DNA of 64,000 nucleotides. Origin: Chiloscyllium plagiosum (Eukaryota). The DNA lies in NCBI RefSeq assembly GCF_004010195.1, contig NC_057754.1, positions 11,538,008 to 11,602,007 of the forward strand, written 5' to 3'. The notes under the pieces are model-generated. The model saw nothing but the letters and a program-made list of their open reading frames with translations. It ran no database searches and was not told the DNA's origin. The translations under genes and the position numbers were made by a program. Positions 26,481 to 37,529 of this stretch are shown here, one piece after another (position 1 is the stretch's first letter; each line of letters starts with the position of its first letter).

Positions 26481-26552
26481 GGCTAGGTAGTGTAATGGTT
26501 TGTATTCCCAACTGTTGTGCGGGAGGCTGGGGTTCAATTCCCCGCCACAGAG
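26481..26552 (+). tRNA. tRNA pseudogene on an Asp-type scaffold, anticodon reads GTT; paralog of 7583-7654
   Basis: ggctagg-ta-gtgtaatggtttgtat-t-cccaa-ctGTTgt-gcggg-aggc-tggggttcaattccccg. It occupies the same position in the duplicated unit, and the stems are degenerate. Confidence 0.7.
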
Positions 26553-26726
26553 CGGTTGCCACTTCTTGTGGTGGCGCCGTTGGCGGCAGCATTTCCACTT
26601 GGCAAAAGAGGGACCCAGCGTCTGAATGGAGTTGACATGCACTCCCAGAGTCAATGCACGTGCAGTTGAGGTGAATTGGAATGAAATCGCTCATTGTCAA
26701 TTTCTCTCACCAGAGATGATTGAGTT

Positions 26727-27010
26727 CGGGATGGCATGGTGGCTCAGTGGTGAGCACTTCGGCCTCACAGCGCCAGGGAACCAGGTTCAATTCTCGCCTG
26801 GAGTTTGCATAATTTCCTCGTGTTTGCGTGGGTTTTCTCCGGGTGCTCCGGTTTCCCCCCACCGTCCAAAGATGTGCAGGTAAGGTGAAATGGCCCTGCT
26901 GAATTGTCCATAGTGTTGGTCTCGGGGAATGCGTCTGGATGGTTTGCTCTTCGCAGGATTGGTGTGGGCTTGTTGGGCCGAAGGGCCTGCTTCCACACTG
27001 TGGGGGATCT
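26727..27010 (+). mobile_element. HE1-type SINE, older, not seen in the first duplicate
   Basis: Head ggatggcatggtggctcagtgg...ggttcaatt and a 3' end ttgggccgaagggcctg. Confidence 0.85.
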
Positions 27011-27669
27011 ATCAATACTGGATCTGCTCGAAATCAAGTATTAGAATCTGTCACCAATGCTTTATTGGCATTTAAACGGAAGTAGGAAAATGAAAGGAAT
27101 ACCATTCCACTCCCATCTTCACTCTTTGAGAATTTGTATCGAATACAAAAGAAAAGCGAAAATCAAATAACGATCGATCAGAAGCAGAAGTTTATCCAAT
27201 CGGATTGTTGATGAGTATCCTAAGCTAACACCACACAAGATTCTGATCAATAATTCAAACAGTCCTTATTAAACTGTTGAGGAGTCAATCACAACTGCAA
27301 CAGCACAACATTTCTCCAACAGAACAAAGAACCTTTCATCTATGTTACATCCTTTTCTGTTCTGTGAGAATCATACCATTATCCATTATCCCAATTGTAT
27401 AAGGTTCACTACTTGCCTTGAGCGTTCACAACAAGTGCACGTATGCATTGAAAAGGAGATCTGTGGTCTGCAGAGTACTATTTGTTGTCTCAGACACAGC
27501 ACGTTTGTTCTTCCGTGAGATTATGAGCTCAGTTACTGATCTGATCTGATCAGGTAAATAAAAATGTTCTATCACTTGCTGCAATGCCTTGAAATTTTTG
27601 AACGTGTTAATCAATAAGATCATAGACCAAATGATGTAGGAGCAGATACAGGTCATTCAGCCTATCGAG

Positions 27670-28765
27670 CCTGACAAGGTTAGATGTCATGGAATATAGC
27701 GAGAACTCGCCATTTAGAAACAGAACTGGCTCAAATGTAGAAGACAGAATGGTGGTGGAGGATTGCTTTTCACTCTGGAGGCCTGTGACCAGTGGTGCGC
27801 CACAAGGATCACTGCTACTACTTTTCATCATAAACGACTTGGATGTGAACATGGTATGTAAAGTTTGCAGATGGCATCAAAATTGGAGTTGTAGTGGACA
27901 ACGAAGAAGGTTACCTCACATTACAAAGGGATCTTGATCAAATGGCTGAGGAGTGGTGGATGGAGTTTAATTTAGATAAATGTGATGTGCTGTATTTTGG
28001 AAAAGCAAATCTGAGCAGGACTTATACACTTAATGGTAAGGGTCTGGGGAGTGCTGCTGAATGAAAAAGACCTTGGAGTGCAGATTCATAGTTCCTTGAA
28101 AGTGGCGTCGCAGGTAGATAGAATAGTGAAGAAAGTGTTTGGTATGCTTTCCTCTTTAGGTCAGAGCACTGAGTATAGGTGTTGGCAGATAATGATGCAG
28201 CGGTTTAGGACATTGGTTTGGGAATATTGTGTGCAATTCTGGTCTCCCTCCCATAGGAGGAATGTTATGAAACTTGAAAGGGTTCAGAAAAGATTTACGA
28301 GGATGTTTGCCAGGCTTGAAATGTTTGAGCTCTCAGGAGAACCTGAATAGGTTGGGGCTGTTTTCCCTGGACCATCGGAGGCTGAGGGGTGACCATATAG
28401 AGGTTTATAAAATCATGAAGGCCATGGATAGTGTAAATAGACAAGGTGTTTCCCCGGAGTTGGGGAAGTCCAGAACGAGAGGGCATAAGCTTAGGGTGTG
28501 AGGGAAAACGTAAAAGGAAATGAAGGGACAGCTTTTTCACACAGATTCTGGTGCATGTATGGAATGAGCTGCCAGAGAAAGTGGTGGAAGCTGCTACAAT
28601 TACAGATTTTAAAAGGTATCTGAATGGGTATATGAATAGGAAGGGCTTAGAGGGATATGGGTGTAGTGCTGGCAATGGGACTAGATTAGGTTAGGATATC
28701 TGATCAGCATGGATGAGTTGGACTGAAGAGTCTGTTTCCATCCATGCTGTACATCTCAATGGCTA
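27670..28765 (+). mobile_element. CR1 RT 3' fragment, paralog of 7975-9490 without the solo LTR
   Basis: ORFs 27689-28501 carry CR1 RT motifs. Confidence 0.9.
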
Positions 28766-29001
28766 TAGAACAGAAAGCGCTGGAGAAACCCGGCAGGTCT
28801 GCCAGCATCTGTAGAGAGATCTCAGTTCTGAAGAAGGGTCAATGGATTCCATGCTGCTTTGTTCTTCCTCGTTGGTTTTGGAGTATGGTTCGGGTCTGGG
28901 TGGAGTAAGTGCGATTTCAATGATACCAAGGTCACTCTGGGATCACTCAGGATCTTTGCAGTGAATATATCACACACGGAGCAGAATGAAGCAAGTTTTA
29001 A

Positions 29002-29906
29002 NNNNNNNNNNNNNNNNNNNNNNNNNNNNNNNNNNNNNNNNNNNNNNNNNNNNNNNNNNNNNNNNNNNNNNNNNNNNNNNNNNNNNNNNNNNNNNNNNNN
29101 NNNNNNNNNNNNNNNNNNNNNNNNNNNNNNNNNNNNNNNNNNNNNNNNNNNNNNNNNNNNNNNNNNNNNNNNNNNNNNNNNNNNNNNNNNNNNNNNNNNN
29201 NNNNNNNNNNNNNNNNNNNNNNNNNNNNNNNNNNNNNNNNNNNNNNNNNNNNNNNNNNNNNNNNNNNNNNNNNNNNNNNNNNNNNNNNNNNNNNNNNNNN
29301 NNNNNNNNNNNNNNNNNNNNNNNNNNNNNNNNNNNNNNNNNNNNNNNNNNNNNNNNNNNNNNNNNNNNNNNNNNNNNNNNNNNNNNNNNNNNNNNNNNNN
29401 NNNNNNNNNNNNNNNNNNNNNNNNNNNNNNNNNNNNNNNNNNNNNNNNNNNNNNNNNNNNNNNNNNNNNNNNNNNNNNNNNNNNNNNNNNNNNNNNNNNN
29501 NNNNNNNNNNNNNNNNNNNNNNNNNNNNNNNNNNNNNNNNNNNNNNNNNNNNNNNNNNNNNNNNNNNNNNNNNNNNNNNNNNNNNNNNNNNNNNNNNNNN
29601 NNNNNNNNNNNNNNNNNNNNNNNNNNNNNNNNNNNNNNNNNNNNNNNNNNNNNNNNNNNNNNNNNNNNNNNNNNNNNNNNNNNNNNNNNNNNNNNNNNNN
29701 NNNNNNNNNNNNNNNNNNNNNNNNNNNNNNNNNNNNNNNNNNNNNNNNNNNNNNNNNNNNNNNNNNNNNNNNNNNNNNNNNNNNNNNNNNNNNNNNNNNN
29801 NNNNNNNNNNNNNNNNNNNNNNNNNNNNNNNNNNNNNNNNNNNNNNNNNNNNNNNNNNNNNNNNNNNNNNNNNNNNNNNNNNNNNNNNNNNNNNNNNNNN
29901 NNNNNN
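29002..29906. other. Assembly gap (N)
   Basis: Run of N. Confidence 1.
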
Positions 29907-30575
29907 ACAGGAACAGGCCCATTGGCCCTCACAGCCTGCGCCGACATATTTTGCCCTTCCATACTAAAAATGTCGTCACTTACAGGATTCATAACCCACT
30001 ATTCCCTTCCTATTCATGTATTCGTCCTGGTGTTTCTTGAATGCTGCTTTTGTGCCTGCTTCCACCACTTCCTCTCTCAGTATGTTCCAAGCATTCACCA
30101 CTCTTTGTGTGAAAACATGACTCTTTTAAACATTCCCCCCAACCCCTGTACCTTGAATCTGTGTCCCCTAATAGTTGACCTCTTCACCCTGGGAAGAAAG
30201 ACTCACGTTTTTCATTCTATCCATGCCGTTCACAAACTTATTAAGTTTGTGAACGGCATGGATAGAATGAAAAACGTGAGTCTTTCTTCCCAGGGTGAAG
30301 AGGTCAACTATTAGGAGACACAGATTCAAGGTGCAGGGGGAGGGAGGAATGTTTAAAAGAGTCAAGTTTTCACACAAAGAGTGGTGAATGCTTGGAACAT
30401 ACTGAGAGAGGAAATGGTGGAAGCAGGCACAAAAGCAGCATTCAAGAAACACCAGGACGAATACATGAATAGGAAGGGAATAGTGGATTATGAATCCTGT
30501 AAGTGACGACATTTTTAGTATGGAAGGGCAAAATATGTCGGCGCAGGCTGTGAGGGCCAATGGGCCTGTTCCTGT
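29907..30575. repeat. About 334-bp-arm inverted repeat centred at 30241 (CR1 3' sequence)
   Basis: Centre reads cacaaactta-t-taagtttgtg. ORFs 28986-30314(+) and 30168-30560(-) give nearly identical peptides. Confidence 0.95.
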
Positions 30576-32582
30576 GCTGTATTTTCTTTGTTCAATGTGG
30601 AATGTTCTTCAACAGAGTTCCACATGGAAGAGTAATTAGTAATGTTAGATCCCATGGGATCTGTGGCGAGCTTTCCAATTGGCTACAACATTAACTTTAT
30701 CATAGGAGACAGAGGCTGGTGATGGAGGGTTTTTTTTTTTCAGACTGGAGGCCTGTGAACAGTGGTGATCCACATGAATCACTACTCGGCCCACTTTATT
30801 TTGTCATTTATATAAATTACTTAGATGAAAATGTCGGAGGCACGGTTAGTACGTTTGTGGATGTCACCAAAAGTTTTGATTTGGTGGACAATGAAGAAGG
30901 TTATCTAAATTTGCAAAGAATTCGTTATCAGCTGGGTCAATGAACCGATGAGTGGCAGATGAAGTTTAATTTGGATAAATGTGAGGTATTGCATTTTGCA
31001 AATACAAACAAGGACAGGTAGTTATACAATTAATGGTAGGGTACTGAGAGACCTAGGGGTTCAGGAAGATAATTATTCGCTTTACTGGTAGAGAGGGTGA
31101 TTAATAACGCGTTTAGCACGCTTGCTTTGCTTAGCATAGGCGCTGGGATGTCGTGTTGAAAATGTGCAGGATATTGATGAGGCCTCCTCTCCAATACAAT
31201 ATGCAGTTCTGGGCCGCTGTTATGGGAAGGAAATTACTAAACTGGAAAGGGTTCAGAAAAGATTTACCAGGATATTGCTAGGAGGGTTTGAGAAATAAAA
31301 ATAGGCTGGGAAATCAATGACCTTTTCAAAAGAGTGTTATGAAGTTTAGGGGGTGACATCATTGAGGTTTATAAAATCGTGAGAGGCATCGATCATGTGA
31401 ATGATAAGGCTCTTTTCCCAAGGGTGGGGGATTTCAACGCAAGTGGCATATTTTAAATGTAAGTTGGGAAAGATTTAATAAAGGGCAGGTAGGGCAATGT
31501 TCGTGTGTGGTATGAGCTGCCAAAGGAAGCGGTGGATGCGGATACAGTTACAATGTGTAAAAGACATTTTGATCAGTTCATGAAGAGGAACGGTTTGGGG
31601 GGATATGGGTCAAACGCAGGCAAGTGGGACTCGTTTAGTTTGGGAACATAATCGGCGTTGACTGGTTAGACCGAAGGACCGTGCTGTACAAACCTATAAT
31701 GAACAAAGACCAGAGCTGTCAGCAGAAAGCGTTACCTCGCTGCTGCTTTGAAGAGGGCAGTGTCCCAGCTCACCTGTTGACGTTGTGCCGTGTTTTTATG
31801 GAATTTTTTTTTCTTTCAAATTGCAGCTCCTGTGTGGGTTTTGGGAACAAATTAAACTATTCACAGCACAGTTTGAAAAAAAAATCAAAAGCTTTGAAAA
31901 GTAAAGTTCACATCATTTCTAAACTTTATCATTTTTCCTTCAAATCGATTTTGTATCCTGGAATAAAATCAGAAATCAGACTAGTTCTGAGGAAAGGTCC
32001 ATAAGACAGAGGAGCAGAAATTAGGCCACTCAGCCCATCGATTCTGCTCCGCCAATACGGCTGATATGTTTTCCAATCCCATTTTCCCACTTTCTCCCCC
32101 TAACCTTTGATTCCCTTGCTACTCAAGAACGTATCTGTCTCTGTTTTAAATGTAGTCAATGGCCTGGCTTCCTCCAATGACAGCTTTCTGTGGCAATGAA
32201 TTCCACAGATTCACCACATTCTGGCGAAAGACGTTTCTCTTTGTCTCTGTACCCGAAATGTTAAATGTGATTTCTTTCCACAGATGCTGCCAGACCGATT
32301 GCCCAGCAATTTATGACTTTGTTTCTGATTTCCAGCATCCGCAGTTCGTGATTTTTTTTGTAACACGAGAGGTTTGTAAGCTGAATTAGCGAAGACGTGA
32401 TCTGCATATGAAGTGTGCCCTTAGTTTTCCGGTGAAATTCATCAGCTTTCAAAGTGAACGAGGTCAAGTAGTGAAGCTGTTTCTCTTGATGAATATTCAG
32501 GTTGTCGATTCGCTATTGCCATTCATTTATCATCAAAACCACAGCATTGCAGAGGTGATTCATGCCATGGGTGCCGCTGTAT

Positions 32583-32656
32583 GGGCGAGTGGCGCTATGG
32601 GCAGCTGTTTTTGACTCCAGATCCAACGATGAGAGGTTCGACTCCGACCTCGCTCG
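32583..32656 (+). tRNA. tRNA-Trp(CCA)-like pseudogene
   Basis: The acceptor stem gggcgag/ctcgctc pairs fully. A box tggcgctatgg, anticodon arm tttga-ctCCAga-tccaa, B box ggttcgactcc. The T stem is disrupted. Confidence 0.7.
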
Positions 32657-33079
32657 AATGCCTCAAACCTGCCACTTCAACATAATTTGGGAAACGAAAT
32701 TTAATGGAAAGATTTCTGTAGGTGTCTGCTACCACTTGCCCTGATTATGGATTTCATCACCTCTCCTGCCAGTGGTGTTAAACCAGATAGTCTTCATTTG
32801 CTCGAACACAGCGTGCAGGATAGGACTCATGATCAGACAACAGGATTCATGAAACCAAGTCAGAAGGACAAATGAAAACGCATGTTTTCATTTTGGAGGC
32901 GGAGCGAATATCAGAAGAGCAATTTTCTCAATGCAAATGAAAGAAAATAATCAAGGAAGACTGGAAAATAACAGATCAACAAACAACACAGAATAAAATG
33001 GGTTACGAAGATGAAGAACTCAGTTTTGAAACTGAAGGGTAAATGCCCATTTCACTAAAAAGGCATATTTCAGTCTTTG

Positions 33080-33190
33080 AGGAGAAAGTGAGGACTGCAG
33101 ATGCTGGGGGCTGGAAAAGCGCAGCAGGTCAGGCAACATCCAAGGAGCAGGAGAATCGACGTTTCGGGCATGAGCCCTTCTTCAGGAATA
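33080..33190 (-). mobile_element. Penelope family A mini-element with an intact hammerhead core
   Basis: 33153-33189 reverse-complements to attc-ctgaaga-a-gggc-tcat-gccc-gaa-acgt-c-gattc. The site is empty in the paralog at about 14015. Confidence 0.8.
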
Positions 33191-33827
33191 ACACATTTTC
33201 AATCTTTTCCCCGCTCCCGCCGACATCAAGCCATGATGGAGAGGTACCGAAGTTCGACTGGAGTGGATAAAGTCAAGAATCATACGACGCTAAGTAATAG
33301 TGCAACAGGTTTATTTGGAAGTGCAAGCGTTCAGAGCCCCGGTCGTTCCTCAGGCGGAGTTTATAATTAAAAAAATCAAAGAGTCATACAACTTGTGCGA
33401 ATGTATTGAACAAACCTAGATAGCTAAATTGTTTTAAACTCTGTTCTGGGAAATGATATTCAATATTTGATATTTGGGGCCGGGAAACTAATGTAATAAT
33501 GGTCACTGTTTTACATTGAACTCTGGGGAGCAATGTTTATTGTCGAGAGTGTGGTGCTGGAAAAGAACAGCATCCGAGGAGCAAGAGAATCGACGTTTCA
33601 GGCAAAAGCCCTTTATCAGGAATTACAGGAAATTCCTGTGTTGGAGCCTATTCCTGTGTTGTACTTTTCTCTGTTCTCTTTGTTCTATTACCAACAAAAT
33701 AAACCTGAATGATCAAAATGATTTCTTCACAGATGTGGTTAATAGGTGAATCTGACTCTGACAGTCACACGTAAATTTCTTGCTGCCTCTGAAGCATAGT
33801 AACATCTGGGGGCTAGTGTCAACATTG

Positions 33828-33950
33828 AAGAAGGGCTTATGCCCGAAACGTCGATTCTCCAGCTCCTTGGATGCTGCCTGACCTGCTGCGCTTTTCCAGC
33901 AACACATTTTTCAGCTCTGATCTCCAGCATCTGTAGTCCTCACTTCCTCC
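33828..33950 (+). mobile_element. Penelope family A mini-element
   Basis: tcaacattg lies on both sides (about 33819-33827 and 33951-33959). The element starts inside the hammerhead core. The paralogous site at about 14637 (tcaatattg) is empty. Confidence 0.82.
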
Positions 33951-34507
33951 TCAACATTGGGAGAGCCAACTGGAGAAACAATAACCAAACATAGTCATAC
34001 TTACAGCCAGCTGACTCTCATATCTGATTTTCTCCCACTTACATCTTATTGATTTTTTAATCATTTCTGCTGGTTTCTAGTACGCCTATCAATCCTCCAG
34101 CTTCCCACTAAACATCACCACATTGCACGCTTTTTCTTTTGCGTTTATGCTGTCACTGACTTCCTCTGTGAGGCATGGTTGCCTCATCCTCCCCTTCGCA
34201 GGAATTCCTGATGAAGGGCTATACGTTGATCGTCCTTCTCCTTGGATGCTGCCTGACCTGCTGTCCTTTTCTAGTACAACACTTTCAACTGTGATCTCCG
34301 GAATCTGCAGTCCTCACTCTCTCCCAGAACAATGCTCATTGTTTTATATTGGGCAGTGGAGGATAATAAACTGTAATGTTTATCAATTTCAGATCATAGC
34401 AATTACAGAAACATGGCTCAGAGATGCGCAGGACTGGCAGATTAATGTTCCAGGATACAAATGCTACAGGAAGGATAGAAAGGGAGGCAAGAGCGGAGGG
34501 GGAGTGA

Positions 34508-35007
34508 NNNNNNNNNNNNNNNNNNNNNNNNNNNNNNNNNNNNNNNNNNNNNNNNNNNNNNNNNNNNNNNNNNNNNNNNNNNNNNNNNNNNNNNNNNNNN
34601 NNNNNNNNNNNNNNNNNNNNNNNNNNNNNNNNNNNNNNNNNNNNNNNNNNNNNNNNNNNNNNNNNNNNNNNNNNNNNNNNNNNNNNNNNNNNNNNNNNNN
34701 NNNNNNNNNNNNNNNNNNNNNNNNNNNNNNNNNNNNNNNNNNNNNNNNNNNNNNNNNNNNNNNNNNNNNNNNNNNNNNNNNNNNNNNNNNNNNNNNNNNN
34801 NNNNNNNNNNNNNNNNNNNNNNNNNNNNNNNNNNNNNNNNNNNNNNNNNNNNNNNNNNNNNNNNNNNNNNNNNNNNNNNNNNNNNNNNNNNNNNNNNNNN
34901 NNNNNNNNNNNNNNNNNNNNNNNNNNNNNNNNNNNNNNNNNNNNNNNNNNNNNNNNNNNNNNNNNNNNNNNNNNNNNNNNNNNNNNNNNNNNNNNNNNNN
35001 NNNNNNN
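34508..35007. other. Assembly gap (N)
   Basis: Run of N. Confidence 1.
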
Positions 35008-35219
35008 TCAATTTTCCAGTATGCTCTGGGACTGGCATCCACTCATATTCACAGGTGCTTGTAATCTCTCAGTTCAGAACAGCACTTGCTCTCCTGTAAA
35101 AGTACAATACATGCCTTCAACTTCATAACAAGATGCACAGAAAACACAACAATTATTAACTCAGAAAGCAAACCAAAATTGCAATGAAGTAAATTAAGTC
35201 ACGTTGAATACGCACAAAA

Positions 35220-36020
35220 GGTTAATGCAAATGGTAAGATCACATGAGGTAAGGGGCAATTTATTCACTTGGATAGTGGATTGATAAATTTGCAGAAAGC
35301 AGAGAATCAGGAAAATGGGTCTTTTTCTCGTAGACAACTAGTGGGGGTGCCATAGATTTGGTCATTGATGCCAGCTATTTACAATCTAGTTCAATAACTT
35401 GGATACGGAATGAAAGTTGTAAAGCTAAATTTGCAGATGACACTTGAAGAGGTGGGAAACTAAGTTGCAATGAATATCTGTGAAATTGACAAGAGGACAT
35501 GGATTGTTTAGGTGAATGAGCTAACATTTGACAGGTGAAGTTTAACGATAGATATGATGTTATCAATTTGGATCAGAGGAGTGAAAAGGCAATTTATTAT
35601 CTACTGTAAATGGAGAGGAAAAAGTGTGTTGGAACAGGGGGATCCATGTATTAATTGTAGAGAACTAGTATTCAGATGCAGCAGTTAATAAGGAAAGCAA
35701 ATGGAATTTTTGCATTTGTTGCTAAAGGAATAGAGTGCAAAAGTAGGGAAGTGTTACTGTAACTGCACAAGACATTAGTTAGATAGTAATGCATACAATT
35801 TTGGTGCCTTTACATGAGGAGGGATGGAATTGCATTTGGAGGCAGTTGAGAGAAAGTTCACCAAATTGATTCCAGAGATGAGGGGTTTGTGTTTTGAAGA
35901 GAGATTGAGCAGTTTAGGTTATACTGTCTGGAGTTTAGAAGAATGAGAGGAGACCTCATTGACGTATATAAGATGCTAAAAGGGGTTAACAGAGTTGACG
36001 TAGAAAGGATGTTTCTCTCC
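35220..36020 (+). mobile_element. Old degenerate CR1 RT fragment
   Basis: aaatttgcagatgacac (KFADDT) near 35428, with downstream CR1-like sequence. Confidence 0.7.
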
Positions 36021-36359
36021 ATATTATTAAATATCTCTCCATCCCCTCCTTAAATTTACTCTAAGTCCCAGCATCCATTATGAGGGCTGAACTGCCTTCT
36101 ACTGCACCTACTTCTGTTAGAAACCACACAGTTTGCATCATATGCCATACTGCCTTTTTGTGATGGAGAATCACTCTCACTTCGCTTTAGGAATTCGGTT
36201 CATTGACCATGCTTTAATCAAAGGTCAGGAGTGGAGAGGCCCTGGCAGAACCCAAACTTGGATGTCAATGAGCCAGTTATTGCTGAACAAGTGGTGCTTG
36301 AGAACATTGTTAGTGACCCCTTCCATCAAATTGATGATCAACTGTAGACTGATGCCGCG

Positions 36360-36770
36360 GTAACTTACCCGGCTGGATTAGTCCTGTCCTTTGTGGATGG
36401 ATATACATGGGTAATTTACCTGGCTGGTTTCGTCTCGCCCTCTGTGGATGGATATGCATCGTAATCTACCCAGCTGGATTAGTGTCTCCCTTTGTGGATG
36501 GATATACATGTGTAATTTACTTGGTTGGATTAGTCAAGCCCTTTGTGGATGGCTATACATGGGTAATTTACCTGGCTGGATTAGTCCTGCCCTGTATGGA
36601 TGGATATGCATGGGTAATTTACCTGGGCTGGATTAGTCCTGCCCTGTATGGATGGATATACATGGGTAATTTACCTGGCTGGATTAGTCCTGCCCTGTAT
36701 GGATGGATATGCATGGGTAATTTACCTGGCTGGATTTGTCCTGCCTTTTGTGGATGGTTATACATGGGTA
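36360..36770. repeat. 51-bp minisatellite, about 8 copies, inside a LINE fragment
   Basis: Unit atgggtaatttacctggctggattagtcctgccctgtatggatggatatgc. It produces 17-aa repeats in ORF 36407-36817. Confidence 0.93.
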
Positions 36771-37529
36771 CTTTTCCATTTTCCAGATGGATGTCAGCAT
36801 TTTGCTTCCCCAAATAGTTTTGGCGGTGGTGCAGCTCGATTTGGCACACTTGTAGTCCTCTGATATACCTTCAGGTTGGTTCCTGATTTTGAGTTCTGCC
36901 TCCTGCTGTTCCTGGCATGGTCTCCAACACTCTCTTTATTGAACCAAAGTTGATCTCCTTGGCTTGATGATAATGATAGAGATGGGAATATGCCAGGCCA
37001 TGAGGTTACAGATTGTGGTTGAATACATGTCTCATGCTGTTGCAGTGACTGGATGATGCTCAGTTTTGAAGCAAAGCACCACAAAGACTAAACCTGTGAT
37101 TTCCGAGGCTGGGAAAAGATGTTCTTCTGAGAGTTGAAGATGTATAATGATTTTTGAATGGACTTGAAGTTCAGGTTGAGGTTCAGGTTGTATGTTTGTT
37201 CACTGAGCTGGAAGGTTTGTTTTCAGATGTTTTGTTTCCATGATAGGTAACATTATCAGTGAGCCTCCGGTGAAGTGCTGGTGTATGTCCTGCTTTCTAT
37301 TTATGTGTCTTGGTTTCTTAAAGAGGGTGATATAGTTTCTGCTTCTACCTATATTGACTTGGGTGGGGCAACATTGAATAGTGATGTACAGAATATATAA
37401 TGAGCATGGCAGTGTGACATGATTAAATTGAGAGAACTGGATGGGAAGTGGAGGATCTCCCAGAGTATTGAGAGAATGTGTGAATCTTCTTTGCTGTGTA
37501 TAAGGAGATTTTATAATGAACATCAGGAC

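Noticed and set aside
28822..30314. Long ORFs of 300-460 aa here and at 34123-35064 and 59634-61034
   Set aside because: They are artefacts of translating through N gaps.
36360..36817. Regularly spaced repeats resembling a CRISPR array or a repeat protein ORF
   Set aside because: The units are contiguous with no unique spacers, there are no cas genes, the context is eukaryotic, and the unit derives from a LINE.
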